This document shows positions 43,146-52,451 of a stretch of 64,000 bases of DNA, piece after piece. The position numbers and the translations under genes were made by a program. How positions within the stretch are numbered: the first letter of the stretch is position 1; each line of letters opens with the position of its first letter. The notes beneath the pieces are model-generated. The model searched no databases. It saw nothing but the letters and a program-made list of their open reading frames with translations, and was not told the DNA's origin. The DNA is from a bacterium (GTDB taxonomy: Bacteria > Bacillota > Clostridia > Oscillospirales > Acutalibacteraceae), in the NCBI GenBank assembly GCA_963633095.1, contig CAVGWP010000001.1, positions 283 to 64,282 of the forward strand. Direction: 5' to 3'.

Positions 43146-44606
43146 ATGAAACCTTACAGTAAGATCAAAAAATACAACGCTCTGCTCAAAAACGGCGAGC
43201 TTTCGGCAGCCGAGCTGACAGAAAAGTTCATCTCGGCGGTCGAAAAGGAAAATCCGGCTATAAACGCCTATGTCAAAACCACTTTCGACCTCGCAAGAGC
43301 GCAGGCTCTCGCTGTCGATGAGAAAATAAAGGCAGGCAGGGAGATAGACCTTCTTGAGGGTATTCCGATGACATTGAAGGACAATATCTCGACAGACGGT
43401 ATCGAAACCACCTGCTGTTCGAAGATCCTCGGCGGCTATATCCCGATATATGACGCTTTTGTTTGGGACAAGCTTAAAAACGGCGGCGCAGTTCTGCTCG
43501 GAAAAACCAATATGGACGAATTTGCAATGGGCTCTTCCTGCGAGACATCTTATTACGGCGGCGCGCACAATCCGCATAACACCGAGCATGTCTCGGGCGG
43601 TTCATCGGGCGGCGCGGCAAGTGCTGTCGGTGCAAATATTGCGGTCTACGGTCTCGGCTCGGACACCGGCGGATCGATCCGTCAGCCGGCGTCGTTTTGC
43701 GGTATTGTCGGTTTGAAGCCGACCTACGGCGCTGTCTCGCGTTACGGTCTTATCGCTTATGCGTCGAGCCTTGATCAGATCGGTCCGATCACAACAAGCG
43801 TTGAAGACGCGGCTATTGTGTTCGATCATATTTCGGCGAAAGATCCTATGGATTCGACTTCTAAGGGTGCGTCCGAAACAACGGCGGATAAGCTCACAGG
43901 AGATATAAAGGGTCTGAAGATCGGCATTGCAAAAGAGTATTTCGACGGACTTAACGACGATGTCCGTGAAAATCTTGAGAATGCGATTAAAACCTATGAA
44001 TCACTCGGCGCGCAGATCGTTCGTTTCGAGCTTCCGATCCTCAAATATGCGCTTCCGGTCTACTATATTCTCGCGTGTGCCGAAGCGTCATCGAACCTTG
44101 GCAGATATGACGGTATCCGTTACGGCTACCGCACCGAGAGCTACACCGGTATTCACGATATGATCTGCAAGACCCGTTCGGAGGGCTTCGGAAAGGAAGT
44201 TCAGAGAAGGATCCTGCTCGGAACTTATGTTTTGTCGAGCGGCTATTATGACGCCTACTATAAAAAAGCTCAGAATCTTCGCGGCAACATTGTAGAAGCA
44301 TTCCGAAAGGCTTATGATATTTGCGATGTTATCCTCGCTCCGACCGTCCCGATGACGGCGTTTAAGCGCGGTTTTACCTCGCAGGACGCTGTCCAGACAT
44401 ATCAGACGGACATCTGCACAGTCCCCGTTAATATCGCGGGTCTGCCGGCTGTTTCGATTCCGTGCGGCAAGGGCGCAAACGGACTTCCTGTCGGAATGCA
44501 GCTTATCGGTAATTCGTTCTGCGAATCAACAGTTTTAAATGCGGCTTTCGCTTTCGAGCAAAATGCAGACGCTTATTTTGACACGGGATTGGGGGTTAGA
44601 CTCTGA
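43146..44606 (+). CDS. gatA: Asp/Glu-tRNA amidotransferase subunit A
   Basis: Amidase signature GGSSGGAASAV...GSDTGGSIRQPA. 486 aa. Confidence 0.96.
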   Translation: MKPYSKIKKYNALLKNGELSAAELTEKFISAVEKENPAINAYVKTTFDLARAQALAVDEKIKAGREIDLLEGIPMTLKDNISTDGIETTCCSKILGGYIPIYDAFVWDKLKNGGAVLLGKTNMDEFAMGSSCETSYYGGAHNPHNTEHVSGGSSGGAASAVGANIAVYGLGSDTGGSIRQPASFCGIVGLKPTYGAVSRYGLIAYASSLDQIGPITTSVEDAAIVFDHISAKDPMDSTSKGASETTADKLTGDIKGLKIGIAKEYFDGLNDDVRENLENAIKTYESLGAQIVRFELPILKYALPVYYILACAEASSNLGRYDGIRYGYRTESYTGIHDMICKTRSEGFGKEVQRRILLGTYVLSSGYYDAYYKKAQNLRGNIVEAFRKAYDICDVILAPTVPMTAFKRGFTSQDAVQTYQTDICTVPVNIAGLPAVSIPCGKGANGLPVGMQLIGNSFCESTVLNAAFAFEQNADAYFDTGLGVRL

Positions 44607-46024
44607 TGGCGGAATATGAAATAGTATCGGGACTCGAAACTCATGTCGAGCTTTCCACCAAAACAAAGATCTTCTGCTCCTGCACAACGCAGTTCGGCTC
44701 TGACCCGAACACGCATTGCTGCCCTATCTGCATAGGTCTGCCCGGCACAATGCCTAAGCTAAACCGTGAGGTCGTCCGCTATGCTATCATGGCAGGCCTC
44801 GCAACACATTGCACCATTAACCCGATCGCCAAGATGGACAGAAAGAACTATGTCTATCCCGATCTGCCGAAAGCATATCAGATCTCGCAGTATGACAAAC
44901 CGCTCTGCTCAAACGGTTATATCGAGCTGAAAAGCGGCAGACGGATCAGAATACTTCGTATTCATATCGAGGAGGACGCCGGCAAGCTTGTCCACGAGCA
45001 CGGCGATACCTTTGTCGATTATAACCGCGGCGGCGTTCCGCTTATCGAGATCGTTACAGAGCCGGATATCCGCAGTATTGATGAAGCTATCGAGTATGTT
45101 GAAAAGCTCCAGCTTATAATGAAGTATATCGGCGTTTCCGACTGTAAGATGCAGGAGGGCTCGCTCAGATGCGATGTTAATATCTCGGTCAGAAAATCGG
45201 GCGATGAAAAGCTCGGAACAAGAACCGAGATCAAGAATATGAACTCATTTGCGTTTATGCAGAAGGCAATGCAGTATGAGTATGAGCGTCAGATCGATGT
45301 TATCGAGAGCGGCGAAAAGGTCATTCAGGAGACCCGCCGTTATAACACCGACACCGGCGAGACCGAGCCGATGAGAGGCAAGGAGGACGCGCACGACTAT
45401 CGTTATTTCCGCGAACCCGATCTTGTCACTATCGAAACGCCGCAGAGCGTTGTCGATGAGATCGCAGCGAAATTGCCCGAACTGCCCGACGCTAAGCTGA
45501 AACGGTACACGGAGGAGTATTCTCTGCCCGAAACAGACGCTATGATAATCGTGAAATACCGCAAGGTAGCGCAGTTTTTCGATGAAAGCGTCAAGGGCTT
45601 GAAAAAGCCGAAAAACGCGTCGAATATGATAATTTCGCAGATCTTCAAGCACCTCTCGACAGACGCCGCTAAGGAAGACTTTAAGCTGAAGTTTGAGCAT
45701 GGCGAGTTTAAAAAACTGCTCAGCCTTATCGAGAACGGCAAGATCAATATGAACCTTGCGAAGTCCGCACTCGATAAGATGATCGAAACGGGCAAGCCCG
45801 TCAGCGAAGTCATTGACGAAAAGGACATGGGCGGAGTTGACGACGGCGAGCTCACCGAGATCTGCAAAAAGGTCGTAGCCGAAAATCAAAATGCCGTGAA
45901 CGATTATAAAAACGGCAAGGAAGCGGCGTTTAAGTCACTCGTCGGCGGTGTCATGAAGGCGACAAGAGGCAAAGCAAACCCTGTCAGAGCCACTGAGATC
46001 ATCACCGAATTGATAAACGAATAA
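44606..46024 (+). CDS. gatB: Asp/Glu-tRNA amidotransferase subunit B
   Basis: 472 aa with GLETHVEL... and a C-terminal YqeY-like tail. Its start overlaps the gatA stop (TGATG). Confidence 0.96.
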   Translation: MAEYEIVSGLETHVELSTKTKIFCSCTTQFGSDPNTHCCPICIGLPGTMPKLNREVVRYAIMAGLATHCTINPIAKMDRKNYVYPDLPKAYQISQYDKPLCSNGYIELKSGRRIRILRIHIEEDAGKLVHEHGDTFVDYNRGGVPLIEIVTEPDIRSIDEAIEYVEKLQLIMKYIGVSDCKMQEGSLRCDVNISVRKSGDEKLGTRTEIKNMNSFAFMQKAMQYEYERQIDVIESGEKVIQETRRYNTDTGETEPMRGKEDAHDYRYFREPDLVTIETPQSVVDEIAAKLPELPDAKLKRYTEEYSLPETDAMIIVKYRKVAQFFDESVKGLKKPKNASNMIISQIFKHLSTDAAKEDFKLKFEHGEFKKLLSLIENGKINMNLAKSALDKMIETGKPVSEVIDEKDMGGVDDGELTEICKKVVAENQNAVNDYKNGKEAAFKSLVGGVMKATRGKANPVRATEIITELINE

Positions 46025-46030
46025 AATTTT

Positions 46031-46065
46031 ATCGCCCACGGCAAACTCACTGTGCCGTGGGCGAT
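46031..46065. terminator. Hairpin terminator between gatB and the convergent small ORF
   Basis: ATCGCCCACGGCA and TGCCGTGGGCGAT pair perfectly (13 bp). The T-rich tail is better on the minus strand. Confidence 0.7.
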
Positions 46066-46091
46066 ATCATCGTTTGAACAGCAGACCGTGA

Positions 46092-46292
46092 TCAGTCGGA
46101 AAGGCAGTCGCAAGCCCGTGTGAGCAACGCTTCGGCGCTGTCGGAGCAGCTGCGGTCACGGCTGCTGTTACGGGCTCTGCTGTCGGAGCAGCCGCTCTGA
46201 ACGCTTGTTTCAGCCGACTGAGAGCTGTTCTGATTGCAGCGGTCTGTTATCCTTGTCTTTGAACACTGCGAAAGACAATCCCTGTAAAACAT
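46092..46292 (-). CDS. Candidate Cys-rich small protein (66 aa, 8 Cys), unassigned
   Basis: ATG lies 10 nt after AAGGA, and a terminator hairpin follows the stop. There is no TM segment. The composition is S/R/D/C-rich, with an internal 14-codon repeat (GCSDS / SCSDS). The coding status is uncertain. Confidence 0.35.
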   Translation of the reverse strand: MFYRDCLSQCSKTRITDRCNQNSSQSAETSVQSGCSDSRARNSSRDRSCSDSAEALLTRACDCLSD

Positions 46293-46393
46293 AGAGTATC
46301 AATCCTTTTTAAACGCATAGATTAGACCTTGCGGTCTGTTTTATTATATTCATCGGCGCGCCGAACGGTGTCGCCGCAGGAAAGGGGCAAACT

Positions 46394-47101
46394 ATGCCGC
46401 AGCTTGAATGTATCGATCTTGGCTTGGGGTATGACGGTAAAGCCATCGTCGGCGGACTTAATTTCGCCGTGAATGCCGGCGACTATCTTTGCATAGTCGG
46501 CGAAAACGGCTCGGGAAAAAGCACGCTTGTTAAAACTCTGCTTTCATTAAACCGTCCGCTCGGCGGCGAGATCAGATTTTCAGAAGGGCTTTCAAATTCA
46601 TCGATAGGCTATCTTCCTCAGCAAGCCGAGCACCAGCGCGATTTTCCCGCAAGCGTTCGGGAAATCGTCCTTTCGGGCTGTCTTAACGGCAGATTCACCC
46701 CGTTTTACACAAAGGAGCAAAAGCAGCGAGCGCAGGACGCTTTAAAGAGAGTGGGAATTTATGATCTGAAAAACAGATCCTATCGCGAGCTTTCGGGCGG
46801 TCAGCAGCAAAGAGTTTTGCTTGCCCGTGCCCTTTGCGCCGCAGATAAAATGCTTCTGCTCGACGAACCTGCCGCAGCACTTGACCCTGCTGCGACCGCC
46901 GAGCTTTACGACCTTGTAAAAACGCTAAACCGCCGTGATAACATAACGGTTATAATGGTGTCGCACGATATTGACGCCGCAATAAAATACGCCGATCATA
47001 TCCTGCATATCGGTGAAAACATCTTTTTCGGGACAACCGAGCAGTATTTAAGAAGCGATGTTTCCGCGAGATTTATTTCGGGAGGTGTTTGCCGTGGCTG
47101 A
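46394..47101 (+). CDS. Metal (Zn/Mn-type) ABC importer ATP-binding protein
   Basis: Walker A GENGSGKST, signature LSGGQQQR and Walker B LLLDEP. The ZnuC/MntB-like length (235 aa) and pairing with an ABC-3 permease support the call. Confidence 0.85.
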   Translation: MPQLECIDLGLGYDGKAIVGGLNFAVNAGDYLCIVGENGSGKSTLVKTLLSLNRPLGGEIRFSEGLSNSSIGYLPQQAEHQRDFPASVREIVLSGCLNGRFTPFYTKEQKQRAQDALKRVGIYDLKNRSYRELSGGQQQRVLLARALCAADKMLLLDEPAAALDPAATAELYDLVKTLNRRDNITVIMVSHDIDAAIKYADHILHIGENIFFGTTEQYLRSDVSARFISGGVCRG

Positions 47102-47942
47102 AATATTCGATAAGCTGGCACTTTATCTTTCATACCCGTTCGTGCAGTATGCGCTCGCGGCGGCTGTGCTTATCTCGCTTTGCTCATCGCTTTTCGGAGT
47201 AACACTTGTTTTAAAACGGTTTTCGTTTATAGGCGACGGACTTTCCCATGTTGCGTTCGGCGCGCTCGCAATAGCTGCAGTCTTAAATGTTTCAAGCAAT
47301 ATGCTGATCGTTATGCCGATAACCGTCATTTGCGCTGTTCTGCTTTTGCGAACGGGCAGCAATTCCGCTATCCGAGGTGACGCCGCCGTCGCAATGATCT
47401 CTGTCGGCGCACTCGCTGTGGGATATTTGATAATGAATGTCTTTTCAACTTCGTCAAATGTGTCGGGCGATGTCTGCTCGTCGCTGTTCGGTTCAACCTC
47501 GATCCTCACTCTCACCAAAGCCGAAGTGATGCTGTGCGTTGCTGTTTCGGTCGTTGTAACACTGCTGTTTGTGCTGTTATATAACCGCATTTTCGCTGTC
47601 ACCTTCGATGAAAGCTTTGCAAAAGCGAGCGGACTGCGAACAGGCGCGTATAACCTAATGATCGCGGTCATCATCGCAGTTATAATTGTGCTTGCAATGG
47701 AGCTTGTCGGCTCACTGCTTATCTCGGCACTCGTTATTTTCCCCGCGCTGTCTGCAATGCGGGTGTTCAAAAGCTTCCGCGCCGTCACTGCTTGCGCGGC
47801 TGTCTTTTCTGTTGTCTGCACAAGCGTCGGCTTGCTTTTGTCGATCGTGCTTTCAACTCCGGTCGGATCGACCATTGTTGCGATAGACATTGCCGCATTT
47901 TTCGTTTTCTGTTTAGTAGGCTTCATTAAAAAAAGAGCATGA
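47094..47942 (+). CDS. Metal ABC importer permease (ABC-3 family, ZnuB-like)
   Basis: Polytopic protein of about 8 TM helices. GTG 47094 lies after GGGAGGTG and overlaps the ATPase stop (GTGGCTGA). Confidence 0.85.
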   Translation: MAEIFDKLALYLSYPFVQYALAAAVLISLCSSLFGVTLVLKRFSFIGDGLSHVAFGALAIAAVLNVSSNMLIVMPITVICAVLLLRTGSNSAIRGDAAVAMISVGALAVGYLIMNVFSTSSNVSGDVCSSLFGSTSILTLTKAEVMLCVAVSVVVTLLFVLLYNRIFAVTFDESFAKASGLRTGAYNLMIAVIIAVIIVLAMELVGSLLISALVIFPALSAMRVFKSFRAVTACAAVFSVVCTSVGLLLSIVLSTPVGSTIVAIDIAAFFVFCLVGFIKKRA

Positions 47943-47980
47943 AAAACGGCGGTCAAAAGACCGCCGTTTATTGTTGTTTT
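47943..47980. terminator. Bidirectional intrinsic terminator
   Basis: AAACGGCGGTC and GACCGCCGTTT pair perfectly. It sits between convergent genes. Confidence 0.85.
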
Positions 47981-47981
47981 G

Positions 47982-48788
47982 TCAGTTTTGGTTCTTTGTG
48001 CCGAGCTGCTCGCAATTTGCAAATATTTTGTCAAGCCGCTCATCGGGGAACCTGTCGTCCATCACACGATCGACAATGTTTGAAGCGGGCAGACCTCTGA
48101 CACGCTCTTTTCTGCGGTAGTTTGCCGCGAATGTGACAGCGCAGTCAAAGAGCAGGAAAATCGAAAGCAGTATAGCCACGACTCTTGTTCCGCGCTGAGG
48201 GAGCTTCAAAAACAAAGCGCAAAGCCGAGGATAAAGATCCTTTATCCACCAAACAGATAAGATCGCCCAATACACCGAATAAAGCAGACAAACGCGTCCG
48301 TTTATGTTGAACGGAGCGTCACTGTAATCCCATGAACGGGAGTCGAGCACTGTTTCCTGCAACCATGAACAAAAGTATTCAAAAGCAGTCGCTGCGGCGC
48401 CGCCGACAAAAAACGACCACAAAAAATTTCGGTTTCTGAAAGGATAAAGCACAACAGTGAGCATAACCGCAGCCGCGCCGTAAAGCATATTAAACGGGCC
48501 GTAAACAAGTCCGGAGCGACTTTCGAGATATCCTCTTGTGATATAGCACCATACAAGCTCCACGGCAACGCCGATCAAACAGCCCGCAAAGCAGACGAGC
48601 ATCAGTTTGTAGATGTTCAGTCCGCAAGCAAAATAGCCGTTTTGTCGTTCAAGCCTGTCCACCTCGCAGTTTTTCGGAGCTGCAAGTGCAAATCTGGTTT
48701 TTTTCGGTGCAACGATCCCTATTTTCGGCTGTTCGCCGTTGTCAGCAATGTCGGTGTCGGAGTTTTTCTGCAAGACCTTATTAGCCAT
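47982..48788 (-). CDS. Membrane protein, 'putative ABC-transporter type IV' (DUF1113-like)
   Basis: 268 aa with 4-5 TM helices and W/Y-rich loops (SRSWDYSDAPFNINGRVCLLYSVYW) resembling that family. Confidence 0.6.
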   Translation of the reverse strand: MANKVLQKNSDTDIADNGEQPKIGIVAPKKTRFALAAPKNCEVDRLERQNGYFACGLNIYKLMLVCFAGCLIGVAVELVWCYITRGYLESRSGLVYGPFNMLYGAAAVMLTVVLYPFRNRNFLWSFFVGGAAATAFEYFCSWLQETVLDSRSWDYSDAPFNINGRVCLLYSVYWAILSVWWIKDLYPRLCALFLKLPQRGTRVVAILLSIFLLFDCAVTFAANYRRKERVRGLPASNIVDRVMDDRFPDERLDKIFANCEQLGTKNQN

Positions 48789-48877
48789 TCAAGCCTACCT
48801 CGCAATTTGTTTATAAATCTATTATATACTCTTGCTAATACTTTGTCAAATAAAATCGAAAAAAAGAAAAGCCGCGG

Positions 48878-48906
48878 TTGTTAAATTCTTTACAGCGTGT
48901 TATAAT
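48878..48906 (+). promoter_or_regulatory. Sigma-A type promoter for the ABC exporter pair
   Basis: TTGTTA, 17-nt spacer, TATAAT. The downstream 25 nt resemble the 34062 promoter region. Confidence 0.55.
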
Positions 48907-48968
48907 CTTAATGCAGATATATTGCCGATTTGCCGGCGATAGTCAGAAAGGACTGTGTTATTTAGAAG

Positions 48969-50687
48969 ATGAAGAAGCTTTTGCGATTTCTCTCGGGATA
49001 TAAAAAGGAGTGTGTTATTGCACCGCTTTTCAAGATGCTTGAAGCGATCTTTGAACTGCTGGTTCCGCTGATCGTCGCGCAGATAATCGATGTCGGCGTC
49101 CGGCAGGGTGACAGCGGCTATGTTTTTCGCCGCAGCCTTGTTATGGTACTGTTCGGCGTTATCGGACTTTCGTGCACACTTGTCGCGCAGTATTTTGCGG
49201 CAAAGGCGGCAGTCGGCTTCGGCAGTAAGACCCGCCGCGCGCTTTACTCGCATATTCAGTCGTTTTCTTATTCCGAGATCGACACTATCGGAACAGACAC
49301 CCTGCTCACCCGACTCACGGGCGATGTCAATCAGGTGCAAAACTGCGTTAATATGACTATCCGCCTGCTTTTGCGTTCGCCGTTTATTGTTTTCGGTGCA
49401 ATGGTAATGGCGTTTTCAGTTGATTCAAAAGCGGCAGTCACCTTCGCTGTTGTTATTCCGCTTTTGTCGATAATCGTTTTCGGAATAATGCTTATCACGA
49501 TTCCGCTCTTCAAAAAGGTGCAGGCGGCTCTCGATAAGGTGCTCGGCGCAACAAGAAGCAACCTGCTCGGCGTTCGCGTGGTGCGTGCGTTCTGCCGCGA
49601 GGAAAGCGAAAAGGCGGAGTTTGAAGAGCGCAATAATTCATTAAATGCGCTCAGCCGTCTTGCGGGCAGGATCTCGGCTTTGCAAAGCCCGATGACATTC
49701 GCTGTTATAAATGTCGCTATTGTCGCGCTGATATATGTAGGCGCAATAAGAGTCGATTCCGGCGACCTAACTCAGGGTCAAGTAGTCGCACTTTATAATT
49801 ATATGTCGCAGATCTTAATAGAACTTATCAAGCTTGCAAATCTCATTGTCACAATGACAAAGGCGGTTGCGTGCGGCAACCGTGTGCAGAGCGTTTTTGA
49901 AACCGAATGTTCGATGAAAAACGGCGATAAGAGCCTTCAAAAAATCGAAAGTATCGAGTTTAAAAAGACAGCTTTTCATTATCCGCTTTCAAAGGAAAAT
50001 TCGCTGACGGATATCAGCTTCAGTGCAAAAAAAGGCGAGACGATCGGCATTATCGGCGGCACAGGTTCGGGCAAAACAACGCTCGTGAACCTGATCCCGC
50101 GGTTTTATGACGCGACCGACGGCGAAGTGCTTATAAACGGCGAAAATATCGGGCATTATGATATAAACGCTTTGCGCCGCCGTATTTCTGTTGTTCCGCA
50201 AAAAGCGTCGCTTGTTTCGGGAACTATCCGTGATAACCTTTTGTGGGGGGACAAATCAGCCTCCGACAGCCGAATAAACGAAGCACTCGCAGTGGCGCAG
50301 GCTCTCGATGTTGTCGAGTCCAAGGAAAACGGGCTCGATTCAGAGATCGAAGCGGGCGGAAAAAACCTTTCGGGCGGTCAGCGTCAAAGGCTGACTATTG
50401 CCCGCGCCTTGGTCAGAAACCCCGATGTTTTGGTGCTTGACGACAGCCTTTCCGCGCTCGACTATGCGACAGACGCAAGACTTCGCGCAGCACTCTCGCA
50501 AATGAAGTCGCCGCCGCTGACATTTGTCATAACTCAGCGAGCCTCATCGATAATCCATGCGGATAAAATAATCGTGCTCGACGACGGTGAAGCAGTCGCG
50601 CAGGGCACGCATGAGCAGCTGCTCGATAACTGCGACATCTACCGCGAGATCTATCACACGCAGTTTGAAAAGGAGGCGGCAGTATGA
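48969..50687 (+). CDS. ABC exporter, fused permease/ATPase (type I, heterodimer partner 1)
   Basis: Six-TM domain plus an NBD with GGTGSGKTT, LSGGQRQR and LVLDD. Confidence 0.92.
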   Translation: MKKLLRFLSGYKKECVIAPLFKMLEAIFELLVPLIVAQIIDVGVRQGDSGYVFRRSLVMVLFGVIGLSCTLVAQYFAAKAAVGFGSKTRRALYSHIQSFSYSEIDTIGTDTLLTRLTGDVNQVQNCVNMTIRLLLRSPFIVFGAMVMAFSVDSKAAVTFAVVIPLLSIIVFGIMLITIPLFKKVQAALDKVLGATRSNLLGVRVVRAFCREESEKAEFEERNNSLNALSRLAGRISALQSPMTFAVINVAIVALIYVGAIRVDSGDLTQGQVVALYNYMSQILIELIKLANLIVTMTKAVACGNRVQSVFETECSMKNGDKSLQKIESIEFKKTAFHYPLSKENSLTDISFSAKKGETIGIIGGTGSGKTTLVNLIPRFYDATDGEVLINGENIGHYDINALRRRISVVPQKASLVSGTIRDNLLWGDKSASDSRINEALAVAQALDVVESKENGLDSEIEAGGKNLSGGQRQRLTIARALVRNPDVLVLDDSLSALDYATDARLRAALSQMKSPPLTFVITQRASSIIHADKIIVLDDGEAVAQGTHEQLLDNCDIYREIYHTQFEKEAAV

Positions 50688-52414
50688 AAAAGACCACCTT
50701 TAAAAAAGTGCTTTCGTATATCAAAAGCTATCGGATAAGCATTGCGCTGTCGATACTCACAGCTTCCGTTTCTGCGGTGCTCGCGCTTATTATCCCGATC
50801 AAGATCGGCGACGCTATCGACAATATCATAGGCAAGGGAAATGTTGATTTTGAGGCTCTTATCAAAACCCTGATCACAGCGCTCGTGATAACAGGCGTTT
50901 GCGCACTTCTTCAGTGGCTGATGAACGCCGTCAACAACCGAGTTGTTTACAATGTCGTGAGAGATATAAGAAGCGATGCGTTTTCGCGCCTGCAAAAGCT
51001 GCCGCTTTCCTATCTTGATACGCATAAAACAGGCGATATAGTCAGCCGTGTTATAACCGATGCCGACCAATTCGCAGACGGTCTTTTGCTCGGCTTCACA
51101 CAGTTTTTCACCGGCGTTGTGACGATCGTGTTCACCCTTGTTTTCATGTTCTCGATAAACGCGATCATTGCGCTTGTTGTCGTTGTGCTGACCCCGCTTT
51201 CGCTGATAATCGCAAATTTTATTGCCAAGCGGACATATTCGATGTTTAAAAAGCAGTCTGTCGTTCGAGGCGAGCAGACCTCGTTTTCGGAGGAAATGAT
51301 AGGCGAACTTAAAACAGTCAAGGCGTATTCCAAGGAAGCCGACTGCTCCGAGCAGTTTGACGAGATCGATAAACGGCTTGAGAAATGCTCTGTTCGGGCG
51401 ACATTCTTCTCATCGCTCACAAACCCTTGCACACGCTTTGTCAATGCGCTTGTGTATGCCGCAGTCGGACTGACGGGTGCTTTATTCGCAATAAGCGGCT
51501 CGCTCACAGTCGGCGGACTTTCCTGCTTTTTAAGCTATGCAAACCAGTATACAAAGCCGTTTAATGAAATATCGGGCGTGTTCACCGAACTGCAAAATGC
51601 GCTTGCCTGCGCGGCTCGCCTTTTCGAGCTGATAGACGAACCGACAGAGTCCGAGGAGCCTGCCGATATGAAGGAACTTACCGATGTCAGCGGCAATATC
51701 GAGCTTTCCGATGTCAGCTTTTCCTACACTCAGACCCGCCCGCTTATCAAAAACTTAAACCTTTCGGTCAAAAGAGGAATGACCGTCGCAATAGTCGGCC
51801 CGACTGGCTGCGGCAAAACAACGCTGATAAACCTGCTCATGCGGTTTTACGATGTCGGCGGCGGCAGCATTTCGGTGGACGGCACCGACATTCGCCATGT
51901 CACTCGAAACAGTCTGAGGCGCAATTTCGGCATGGTGCTTCAGGACACATGGATAAAGCCGGGAACTGTTAAAGAAAACATTGCTTTCGGCAAGCCCGAC
52001 GCTACCGATGAAGAGATCGAGGCGGCGGCGAGAGCGTCCCACGCGCACAGCTTCATAAAGCGCCTGCCTCAGGGCTACGATACCGTCCTCGGAGACGGTG
52101 CAGGCGGGCTTTCGCAGGGACAAAAGCAGCTTTTGTGTATCACAAGAGTCATGCTTTGTCTGCCGCCTATGCTGATACTCGATGAAGCGACATCGTCTAT
52201 CGATACGCGAACCGAACAGCGCATACAGCGTGCGTTTGCCAAGATGATGAACGGCAGGACCAGCTTTATCGTGGCGCACCGCTTGTCCACTGTCCGCGAC
52301 GCCGATCTGATCCTTGTTATGAAAGACGGCGACATTATCGAGCAGGGCGATCATGATTCGCTGATCAAAAAAGGCGGCTTCTATAAAAAGCTGTACGATA
52401 GTCAGTTTGTATAA
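50684..52414 (+). CDS. ABC exporter, fused permease/ATPase (heterodimer partner 2)
   Basis: Six-TM domain plus an NBD with GPTGCGKTT, LSQGQKQL and LILDE. It overlaps partner 1 by 4 nt. Confidence 0.92.
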   Translation: MKKTTFKKVLSYIKSYRISIALSILTASVSAVLALIIPIKIGDAIDNIIGKGNVDFEALIKTLITALVITGVCALLQWLMNAVNNRVVYNVVRDIRSDAFSRLQKLPLSYLDTHKTGDIVSRVITDADQFADGLLLGFTQFFTGVVTIVFTLVFMFSINAIIALVVVVLTPLSLIIANFIAKRTYSMFKKQSVVRGEQTSFSEEMIGELKTVKAYSKEADCSEQFDEIDKRLEKCSVRATFFSSLTNPCTRFVNALVYAAVGLTGALFAISGSLTVGGLSCFLSYANQYTKPFNEISGVFTELQNALACAARLFELIDEPTESEEPADMKELTDVSGNIELSDVSFSYTQTRPLIKNLNLSVKRGMTVAIVGPTGCGKTTLINLLMRFYDVGGGSISVDGTDIRHVTRNSLRRNFGMVLQDTWIKPGTVKENIAFGKPDATDEEIEAAARASHAHSFIKRLPQGYDTVLGDGAGGLSQGQKQLLCITRVMLCLPPMLILDEATSSIDTRTEQRIQRAFAKMMNGRTSFIVAHRLSTVRDADLILVMKDGDIIEQGDHDSLIKKGGFYKKLYDSQFV

Positions 52415-52423
52415 TATGAAAAT

Positions 52424-52450
52424 AAAACTCCGGCGTGAAGCCGGAGTTTT
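52424..52450. terminator. Bidirectional intrinsic terminator
   Basis: AAAACTCCGGC and GCCGGAGTTTT pair perfectly. It sits between convergent genes. Confidence 0.85.
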
Positions 52451-52451
52451 G

